From Spirogloea muscicola (taxonomy: Eukaryota): 20,000 bases of DNA. The stretch is from the NCBI GenBank assembly GCA_009602725.1, contig WELB01000008.1, forward strand, positions 230,128 through 250,127, written 5' to 3'. Under the pieces are notes generated by a model. That model ran no database searches and was not told the origin of the DNA. It was given only the letters and a program-made list of their open reading frames with translations. Shown here piece after piece: positions 12,107-20,000 of the stretch; position 1 is the first letter of the stretch, and each line of letters begins with the position of its first letter. A program made the translations under genes and the position numbers.

Positions 12107-12827
12107 NNNNNNNNNNNNNNNNNNNNNNNNNNNNNNNNNNNNNNNNNNNNNNNNNNNNNNNNNNNNNNNNNNNNNNNNNNNNNNNNNNNNNNNNNNNNNN
12201 NNNNNNNNNNNNNNNNNNNNNNNNNNNNNNNNNNNNNNNNNNNNNNNNNNNNNNNNNNNNNNNNNNNNNNNNNNNNNNNNNNNNNNNNNNNNNNNNNNNN
12301 NNNNNNNNNNNNNNNNNNNNNNNNNNNNNNNNNNNNNNNNNNNNNNNNNNNNNNNNNNNNNNNNNNNNNNNNNNNNNNNNNNNNNNNNNNNNNNNNNNNN
12401 NNNNNNNNNNNNNNNNNNNNNNNNNNNNNNNNNNNNNNNNNNNNNNNNNNNNNNNNNNNNNNNNNNNNNNNNNNNNNNNNNNNNNNNNNNNNNNNNNNNN
12501 NNNNNNNNNNNNNNNNNNNNNNNNNNNNNNNNNNNNNNNNNNNNNNNNNNNNNNNNNNNNNNNNNNNNNNNNNNNNNNNNNNNNNNNNNNNNNNNNNNNN
12601 NNNNNNNNNNNNNNNNNNNNNNNNNNNNNNNNNNNNNNNNNNNNNNNNNNNNNNNNNNNNNNNNNNNNNNNNNNNNNNNNNNNNNNNNNNNNNNNNNNNN
12701 NNNNNNNNNNNNNNNNNNNNNNNNNNNNNNNNNNNNNNNNNNNNNNNNNNNNNNNNNNNNNNNNNNNNNNNNNNNNNNNNNNNNNNNNNNNNNNNNNNNN
12801 NNNNNNNNNNNNNNNNNNNNNNNNNNN
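12107..12827. other. Assembly gap (721 N)
   Basis: Run of n characters. ORFs spanning it are artefacts. Confidence 1.
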
Positions 12828-13365
12828 GTGAGCAGCTCGAGCCACCGAGCGCCCAGCGCCCCATGTGTGTCGATGGCCAACGGGAAGAACTCGTCTTCCC
12901 GCGGATGATCCGCGTACTTCAGCTCTTTGGCCCGAGCAGCGCAGGCGACCGCATACCCAGCCGTGGTGGCACATTTGGCTGGGTGTGAGCGGTCATAGGC
13001 ATCAGTAGTCACCACGTCCAGGAGAAGACGTGGCCCGCCGGCCTGTCGGGTGGCCACCAGGTCTACACGCCTGGCATGGAGACCGTCGGCCCTGTGCTGG
13101 ATTGGCATGATTCCGGAGTGCTCTGCTGCCACGGAGAAACCAGCCTCCAACAGGATGCCATGCATTACATCGCGGAGGCGGTCGTGGGCCGCTGTCCGCT
13201 CTCCGCCGTGGGAACAGCGCAGAACATGAGCAGCCAGCTCTCCAGGCTTGGTCCCGCGCTCGCCACACTCACATTGACGCGCACCCTGGAGACATGGCGG
13301 CAGTAGGCCCAGGAGCCGGTGGACGGCACTGCGGAATACCTCGTCCGGGAGGGTGAGGGCGTCGT
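12828..13365 (-). mobile_element. 5'-truncated CRE-clade non-LTR retrotransposon copy (CCHC + restriction-like endonuclease), running into the gap
   Basis: Open frame DALTLPDEVFRSAVHRLLGL..CECGE..HVLRCSHGGERTAAHD..RRVDLV..LLLDVVTTD..AKELKY..FFPLAIDTHGALG, collinear with but diverged from 14953-15490. Confidence 0.85.
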
Positions 13366-13679
13366 GCGAAAAGCCAGCCCAAAATCAAGTAATCCTTGCT
13401 AAGCAGCCGCAGATCAGAGATGCTAGGCTCCTGGATAGAAAGTGGCATTCCCAATGGGGGCAAGGGCTGCGAAAAGCCAGCCTATTGACAAAGGTTCGGA
13501 GGGGCGTATGGTATGCTCCGCCTGAGTAGATGCCAGGGCCGGGACGATGGGGCCGCAATTCTTTTCTTTGCAAGTCGCGACGGCCGCTAAGGGCGGAGTG
13601 CCGGTGGGGCTGGCATGCCCCTTGCGCTTGTGCTTGCCTTTGTACTTGGCCACACATGGCCTCCCCATCTCTTAATATA

Positions 13680-13900
13680 CACGCATTTCCCCTTGCGGTG
13701 TCGCCGATGCACGGAGACGCCATGGGGAGTTGCGAAGTCCCGCGGGCAGGTGGGGCACGGCGCGCGCGGGAGCTTCGCAGGCAAGGGTGGCGGCGGCGGA
13801 ATAAGGGGGGGCTGCGGTGGAGGTGGCGTGGTGGCGGCATGGAAGGCGGCGAGGGCGAGAAATCGCTGCGCCCACGCGAACTTGGCGGAGGGAAGTTCGG
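13680..13900 (-). mobile_element. Pro-rich + C2H2 zinc-finger fragment, probably the N-terminus of an RLE-type non-LTR element, inverted relative to the adjacent RT
   Basis: Minus frame ...TTPPPPQPPLIPPPPPLPAKLPRAPCPTCPRDFATPHGVSVHRRHRKGKC shows a CxxC...F...G..H..H pattern like the N-terminal fingers of R2/CRE ORFs. Confidence 0.55.
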
Positions 13901-15866
13901 GACTCCGGATTGGAGGTCCTACAGTCCCAAGCGGGCACGCGGCTAGGGGACCCCCTCGCCGGCTTCTACTTTGCGCTCGCTCACCACCGGACTCTGCAGG
14001 CTACCACGGCGGCACACCCAGGAGTCCTACTCCCCACCTTCGTGGACGACACCACCATAGTCGGCCCTCCAGACGACGTGGCGGCGGCCTTCGTCACCTT
14101 CGAGCTGCAACTGGCCACCCTCGGCCTGTCCATCCGGGCGTCGAAGTGCTCGGCTTGGTCTCCCTGCGGCCTCCCACCCACCCTGACGCTGCCCACCGGT
14201 TGCCAGACTCCAGCAGATGGCTTCACCCTGCTGGGGGTCCCCATCGGCGCGCCGTCCTTCGAGGAGGGGCAGCTGCGAGCCCGCCTTGCGGAGCATCTTC
14301 AGCCTGCGGCCCGGCTTCCCGAGCTGGACGTTATGCAGCTGTCGTTGGCCATGTTGACCAAGGCCATTGGGCAGCGGCCCCAGTGCTTGACGCGGGCCAC
14401 TCCGCCGTCCCCAGGGGCGTTGGAGGCGTACGCGGATTTTGACGCAGGCATGGTGGCGAGCTTGGCGGCCCTGGTCGGCCACCAGGGCTTCCTCCAGTCG
14501 CCAGCCGCTATCCACCAGGCGGCGCTACCCCTCAGCCACGGTGGTGTCGGCCTGCGCCCGCTCGCCCGTTCTTGCCGGGCTGCATACCTCGGCAGCTGGG
14601 CGCAGACGGCCGCCTCCGTGGCCCAGTGCTTCATGGTCCACGGCCGGCGTGCACTGGAGCAGGCGGTGGTGGAGGTCGACATGGGCGCGTTGCCGTTCCA
14701 GGTGTCGCTTCGCTCCGCCCACCAGGAGCTGCTCGTGGCGCACCCAGACCTGGCAAGCCAGGCGGTCTCCTTTACGCACTTCGCGCACACCGCTGACCTG
14801 CGCGTCCAAGCGCGCTTCGTGGCCGTGGTCGACAAGGCCGCCTACACCACCGCCGTGCTGAAGCTCCCCAAGGCCGACTTGAGCGGGGGCGCGAGACTTC
14901 AATCGGCCTCCTCCTGGGGGGCAGCGGCGTGGCTTCAGGCCCTCCCCATCAATGACTCCCTCACTCTCCCCAATGAGGTATTTCACACTGCCGTCCACCG
15001 GCTCCTGGGACTGCCGCCTCCATGTCGCCAGGGCGTGCGTCAGTGTGTATGCAGCAAGAGAGGGGCCGAGTCTGGGGAGCAGGCCACTCATGTTCTGCGC
15101 TGCGCCCACGGCGGCGAGCGGACAGCGGCCCACGACCGCCTCCGTGATGCGATGCATGGCATCCTGGTGGAGGCTGGCTTCTCGGTGGCAGCGGAGCACT
15201 CTGGCGTCATGCCGCTCCAGGAAAGGGCCGACGGTCTCCACGCCCGTCACGTAGACCTGGTGGCCACCCCACAGGCCGGTGGGCCCACGTCTTCTCCTGG
15301 ACGTGGTGATTACCGACGCTTACGTACGCTCACACCCAGCCCAATGTGCCACCAAGGTTGGGTACGCGGTCGCCTGCGCCGCTCGGGCATAAGAGCTCAA
15401 GTACGCCGACCATTGGCGGGAAGACGAGTTCTTCCCGTTGGCAATTGACACCCACGGGGCGCTGGGCGCTTGGTGGCTCGAGCTGCTCACCCAGCTCGCC
15501 CGCCACACCATCGCCCGTCGCTTCCATGGGGAGCCGGTAGACATTCCTGCAGCCGGGTCGCTGGCGCAAGTGTCTCAAATGCGCCTGGCCGTCTCACTGC
15601 AGAGGTCTATGGCCCGCGCGCTGCACCTTCGTGCGGGGCAGAGCCCTCGCTGCTGCCTCTGGCTCTGGCCAGGGGACACACTTCCAGGAGCCTAGCATCT
15701 CTGATCTGCGGCTGCTTAGCAGGGGTTAATGAGTGATTCGTAGCCGCTTTGTTTCTTTGTGTGCTTATATTTCTTAGCGCTCCCCCTGGCCCCCTTCTCG
15801 TACTCTGTTCATTCTTTTATGGGCTGGCTTTTCCAGCCCCTATCCTCCATGGGCGAGCAGTTTCTC
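13900..15866 (+). mobile_element. Decayed, 5'-truncated CRE-clade (CRE/SLACS/Cnl1/MoTeR-like) non-LTR retrotransposon: RT C-terminal half, CCHC, RLE and 3' UTR
   Basis: Motifs SQAGTRLGDPLAG (GxxQGDPL-like), FVDD (YxDD), LGLSIRASKC, LLGVPIG, QAALPLSHGGVGLR, AAYLGS, AWLQALP, CVC..HVLRC, AHD, RHVD..LLLD..ELKY..FFPLAIDTHGALG. Lesions versus the other copies: +1 frameshift at ~15284-15286, in-frame TAA at 15390-15392, +1 frameshift at ~15635-15639. Natural stop at ~15730-15732. Confidence 0.85.
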
Positions 15867-15990
15867 TACAAGCGATTAGCAGCTACAAATGGGCCTGAAG
15901 ATGCTATGTCAGAACTGGGGGAGGATGGATCACTCAATAGTTACGCGCGCGGGAGGATGCGGCTGCTAATAATGAAGAAAGGCTGTAAAG

Positions 15991-16068
15991 TAGTGGCTCT
16001 CCCAAAGTACAAGAAGTGGCACTCCCAAAGGGGGCAAGAGAAGAAGTGGCACTCCCAAAGGGGGCAAG
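15991..16068. repeat. 30-bp tandem repeat (2 copies plus a degenerate partial)
   Basis: aagaagtggcactcccaaagggggcaag at 16011 and 16041; partial agtggctctcccaaag at ~15992. Confidence 0.9.
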
Positions 16069-16171
16069 GGCTGTGAAATCCAGCCCGAAAAACATTGACA
16101 AAGGTTTGAAGGGGCCAAGGACGCGCTTAGCAGCTACAAGGGCAAGAAGAACTCGCCAATAGAGAGGAGAA

Positions 16172-16389
16172 AGAAAGCGCGGCCAGATTGACTGGTGGCT
16201 GGGAAAGGCCAGCCCAAATGGACAAGGTCTGAAGGAGCCGGAGTGCGAAGGACTAGGACTACAACATCAGCCAAGAGAAGAGGGGCTGGCAAAGCCAACC
16301 CAAAAGGAGTGGACAATGTCCAAAGCCAAAGCAGAAGGGGCCTGAAGAAGCTGCTTTCCCAGCCACCAGTCACTCTGGCCGCGCTTTCT
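16172..16389. repeat. ~36-bp inverted repeat pair
   Basis: agaaagcgcggccagattgactggtggctgggaaag (16172-16207) versus ctttcccagccaccagtcactctggccgcgctttct (16354-16389), one mismatch. A third copy lies at ~11705-11739. Confidence 0.85.
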
Positions 16390-16802
16390 GCCTGAAGAAG
16401 CCATGGCAGTACGGGGGAAGGATGGACCACTCAGTAGTCACGAGTGAACAGACAAATCCGACAGACTAGCTGCCGGAAAACTATCCCCCTGACGAAAGCC
16501 GGAGGCCGCAGCAGAGCACGGCCAGCACGCAGATGCAAGGCTTGGGCCATGGACCGCTACACAAGAAAGACTAGGGCTGTAGAAGCCAGCCAAGGTGCTT
16601 ACAGAGTAGGAAGGGCTCGCCTATTGAGGAATGTGTTGGATGTAGAAATATGGTGAATCAGTGGGTCGGTAGAATCACCCATTCCGCTCATTCTGCCAGG
16701 CCGATGAGAGTCTCCCTAGATAAGGGAGAAAGAAGGAGGAAGGCCTCGGCAGATGACATTATTGGCCCGAACAATCTTGTGGCACGCTCTGAGTGCGGGG
16801 AA

Positions 16803-16932
16803 GCGGCGCTGTGTGCGCGGCGGCTCTGTGTACGGCAAGGCGGCGCTGCGTGCGCGGCGGCTCTGTGTGCGACTAGGCGGCGCTGCGTGCGCGGCGGCTC
16901 TGTGTGCGGCATGACGGTGCTGTGTGTGCGGC
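16803..16932 (+). repeat. 37-bp GC-rich minisatellite (~3.5 units) upstream of the copia PBS, mirrored at ~19650-19780
   Basis: Units gcggcgctg(t/c)gtgcgcggcggctctgtgt(a/g)cg.... start at 16803, 16840, 16877 and 16914. Confidence 0.9.
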
Positions 16933-17180
16933 CAGGTGGAGCTGAGTGCTCGCCGGCTCTGTGTGTAATCAGGCAAGCCTTTGTGTTACTCTGAACTCTT
17001 TGTGACCATGTCTGGGCCTGCGTCCACATTTGCACCAAGGCGAGGACGATCTTCTGGTCCTCTACCTCAAGACAGGAAGTGGCTGTGAGGCATGAAAGAC
17101 AGGTACAAAATGTAGATCGTGACAGCAGGTTCAGGTTGCAGATCAAGAAAGACGAGGGCAGGCAGAGCAAGAGTCGCTTC

Positions 17181-17196
17181 GGGTTATGGGCCCACC
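17181..17196 (+). promoter_or_regulatory. Copia primer-binding site complementary to the anticodon arm of tRNA-iMet (half-tRNA priming)
   Basis: GGGTTATGGGCCCACC is the reverse complement of GGUGGGCCCAUAACCC of plant initiator tRNA-Met (recalled). This is the PBS type of Drosophila copia, Ty5 and Osser. Confidence 0.75.
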
Positions 17197-18328
17197 GGGC
17201 GGCTCACTTCCTGTCCTTAGTCCCAAGCTGTCAAGAGAGACAAGTTGACCAGTTTGGAAGTGGAAGATGACTAGATTGCTTCAATACCAAGAAATCTGGG
17301 ATGCAGTCGAATCTAATCCAGTGCGTGGGTTGTGTCGCCCTTCTTCAAGAGAGAACAGGGCAGCATCAGCCATCTTGATGGCCAACATATCAGATGAAGA
17401 GTTGGTTGGTCTAGTCAAATGGCCGTTAGCCAGCCAGATTTGGGATCACTTGAAGTTTAAGTTCGAGAATAGAGGCATCGATAGAGCATACTACCCTAAT
17501 ATGCGCCTCAGAGAGTGCAAAAAGGAAGAGGATGAAGGCATACAGGAGTTTGTAACAAGAGTGGAGGTCTTGGCACTACAGCTACATGATATCGGAGCAG
17601 AAGTGCCAGTCCAGCATCAGATTCTTGCCATCATGATGGGACTGCCATCAGAATATGCTGCTGTCAGAGATACAATGATGACCAACAGGGATGAGTTGAC
17701 TGTGGAGTTTGTTTTGACTCGCCTTCTTTACAAGGAGAGAGAGATGGCAGAGCAGAGGCGTGCTGTGCAGGGTATGAATGCAGCTTTGATGGTCAGACGC
17801 ATTATGGAGCCAGACCTTAGGGATCATCTGGACCGATCTAGGCGGAAGGAGGGCAGGCGATACCAGACAGATAACAGGTCACATGTTAGGGACTCTCCTG
17901 ACCGACCTAGGTGGAATGACGGAAGACGTTATCAGCCAGATGGCAGGATATGTTACTATTGTCGGCAACGTGGCCATATGATCAACAACTGTCCAAGACG
18001 GCAGGCAGCTCTAAGTGATGATCACAGAAGCAGAAGTAACAATAGACACAATGGGGGTCAGGCTCACCTATGTGGAGAGCAGGTCAAGTCAACCAGAAAC
18101 AGTTGGCTGATTGACAGCGGCGCCACGCATCATGTTACAAATCGACGTGATTGGCTGCAGAAGTACAAACGCATTGCTCCCTTCAGGGTTTTCTTGGGAG
18201 ATGCTAGTGTACATCCTGCTGTTGGAGTTGGCCAAGTGCGGTGCCTACTTCGAACGGCATCAATGAGCAGTTGTTAAACGATGTGCTACATGTGCCTGCA
18301 TTGGCAGCGAATTTTTTGTCGTTCAAAT
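17186..18328 (+). pseudogene. Ty1/copia gag-protease, truncated before integrase and RT (left arm)
   Basis: ATG at 17186, in-frame TGA at 17246, WKWKMTRLL..IWDAV N-terminal gag motif, UBN2-like gag (ILAIMMGLPSEY), zinc knuckle CYYCRQRGHMINNC, protease WLIDSGATHH. After a 7-bp deletion at 18240/18241 it continues LNDVLHVPALAANFLS. Confidence 0.9.
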
Positions 18329-19397
18329 TAGGCACCTGCAAACGCACTTGGCCAACTCCAACAGCAGGATGTACACTAGCATCTCCCAAGAAAACCCTGA
18401 AGGGAGCAATGCGTTCATACTTCTGCAGCCAATCACGTCGATTTGTAACATGATGCGTGGCGCCGCTGTCAATCAGCCAACTGTTTCTGGTTGACTTGAC
18501 CTGCTCTCCACATAGGTGAGCCTGACCCCCATTGTGTCTATTGTTACTTCTGCTTCTGTGATCATCACTTAGAGCTGCCTGCCGTCTTGGACAGTTGTTG
18601 ATCATATGGCCACGTTGCCGACAATAGTAACATATCCTGCCATCTGGCTGATAACGTCTTCCGTCATTCCACCTAGGTCGGTCAGGAGAGTCCCTAACAT
18701 GTGACCTGTTATCTGTCTGGTATCGCCTGCCCTCCTTCCGCCTAGATCGGTCCAGATGATCCCTAAGGTCTGGCTCCATAATGCGTCTGACCATCAAAGC
18801 TGCATTCACACCCTGCACAGCACGCCTCTGCTCTGCCATCTCTCTCTCCTTGTAAAGAAGGCGAGTCAAAACAAACTCCACAGTCAACTCATCCCTGTTG
18901 GTCATCATTGTATCTCTGACAGCAGCATATTCTGATGGCAGTCCCATCATGATGGCAAGAATCTGATGCTGGACTGGCACTTCTGCTCCGATATCATGTA
19001 GCTGTAGTGCCAAGACCTCCACTCTTGTTACAAACTCCTGTATGCCTTCATCCTCTTCCTTTTTGCACTCTCTGAGGCGCATATTAGGGTAGTATGCTCT
19101 ATCGATGCCTCTATTCTCGAACTTAAACTTCAAGTGATCCCAAATCTGGCTGGCTAACGGCCATTTGACTAGACCAACCAACTCTTCATCTGATATGTTG
19201 GCCATCAAGATGGCTGATGCTGCCCTGTTCTCTCTTGAAGAAGGGCGACACAACCCACGCACTGGATTAGATTCGACTGCATCCCAGATTTCTTGGTATT
19301 GAAGCAATCTAGTCATCTTCCACTTCCAAACTGGTCAACTTGTCTCTCTTGACAGCTTGGGACTAAGGACAGGAAGTGAGCCGCCCGGTGGGCCCAT
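18329..19397 (-). pseudogene. Ty1/copia gag-protease, truncated (right arm, inverted copy)
   Basis: Mirror of the left copy with the same in-frame TGA. Homology ends at VGQVRLQVP at the fold-back junction. Confidence 0.9.
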
Positions 19398-19402
19398 AAC
19401 CC
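19387..19402 (-). promoter_or_regulatory. Mirror copy of the half-tRNA-iMet PBS
   Basis: Plus strand reads GGTGGGCCCATAACCC. Confidence 0.75.
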
Positions 19403-20000
19403 GAAGCGACTCTTGCTCTGCCTGCCCTCGTCTTTCTTGATCTGCAACCTGAACCTGCTGTCACGATCTACATTTTGTACCTGTCTTTCATGCCTCACAG
19501 CCACTTCCTGTCTTGAGGTAGAGGACCAGAAGATCGTCCTCGCCTTGGTGCAAATGTGGACGCAGGCCCAGACATGGTCACAAAGAGTTCAGAGTAACAC
19601 AAAGGCTTGCCTGATTACACACAGAGCCGGCGAGCACTCAGCTCCACCTGGCCGCACACACAGCACCGTCTTGCCGCACACAGAGCCGCCGCGCACGCAG
19701 CGCCGCCTAGTCGCACACAGAGCCGCCGCGCACGCAGCGCCGCCTCGCCGTACACAGAGCCGCCGCGCACACAGCGCCGCTTCCCCGCACTCAGAGCCAC
19801 AAGATTGTTCGGGCCAATAATGTCATCTGCCGAGGCCTTCCTCCTTCTTTCTCCCTTATCTAGGGAGACTCTCATCGGCCTGGCAGAATGAGCGGAATGG
19901 GTGATTCTACCGACCCACTGATTCACCATATTTCTACATCCAACACATTCCTCAATAGGCGAGCCCTTCCTACTCTGTAAGCACCTTGGCTGGCTTATAC

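Larger units (their letters stand above)
16583..19996. repeat. ~3.4-kb near-perfect palindrome (arms 16583-18240 and 18343-19996), probably extending past the window end
   Basis: The two gag ORFs are mirror images with near-identical translations. Only a few substitutions and one 4-bp indel were seen between the arms (lengths 1658 and 1654). Confidence 0.95.

Noticed and set aside
11904..13165. Long ORFs of 260-359 aa in the ORF track
   Set aside because: They are inflated by the 721-N gap. Only the CRE-derived parts are meaningful.
13615..15250. Overlapping and antisense ORFs (275, 162, 178, 241 aa)
   Set aside because: Shadow frames of the GC-rich CRE coding sequence with no recognisable motifs.
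16651..16668. TGGTGAATCAGTGGG as a conventional tRNA 3'-end PBS
   Set aside because: The spacing does not fit acceptor/T-stem complementarity, it lies far from gag, and a better half-tRNA PBS exists at 17181.
16803..16932. 37-bp periodicity resembling a CRISPR array
   Set aside because: The units are contiguous with no unique spacers, the context is eukaryotic and there are no cas genes. It is a minisatellite.
16634..19945. TG...CA-bounded unit (TGTTGG / CCAACA) as a TIR or DIRS-like element
   Set aside because: The symmetry continues outside these points, so the ends are a by-product of the palindrome. No transposase or tyrosine recombinase is present.

Overview
Eukaryotic genomic DNA, probably from a green plant or streptophyte (inferred from short GT-AG introns and a plant-type tRNA-iMet primer site). 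Bases 1-11155 (minus strand) hold the 5' part of a gene with about 30 exons visible, encoding a strongly divergent RME-8/DNAJC13/GRV2-family protein that runs off the left edge. Splicing its exons by hand suggests it lacks the J-domain (HPD) that defines the family, and its GYF_2 domain is unrecognisable. Bases ~11600-16450 are a rearranged cluster of CRE-clade non-LTR retrotransposon pieces (RT + CCHC + restriction-like endonuclease) in both orientations, with a 721-N gap, an inverted Pro-rich/C2H2 fragment and shuffled 3'-UTR modules. Bases 16583-19996 are a near-perfect ~3.4-kb palindrome made of two copies of the 5' half of a Ty1/copia element (half-tRNA-iMet PBS, gag, zinc knuckle, protease), joined at a fold-back junction. 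All homology calls come from motif recognition by eye; no database search was run.
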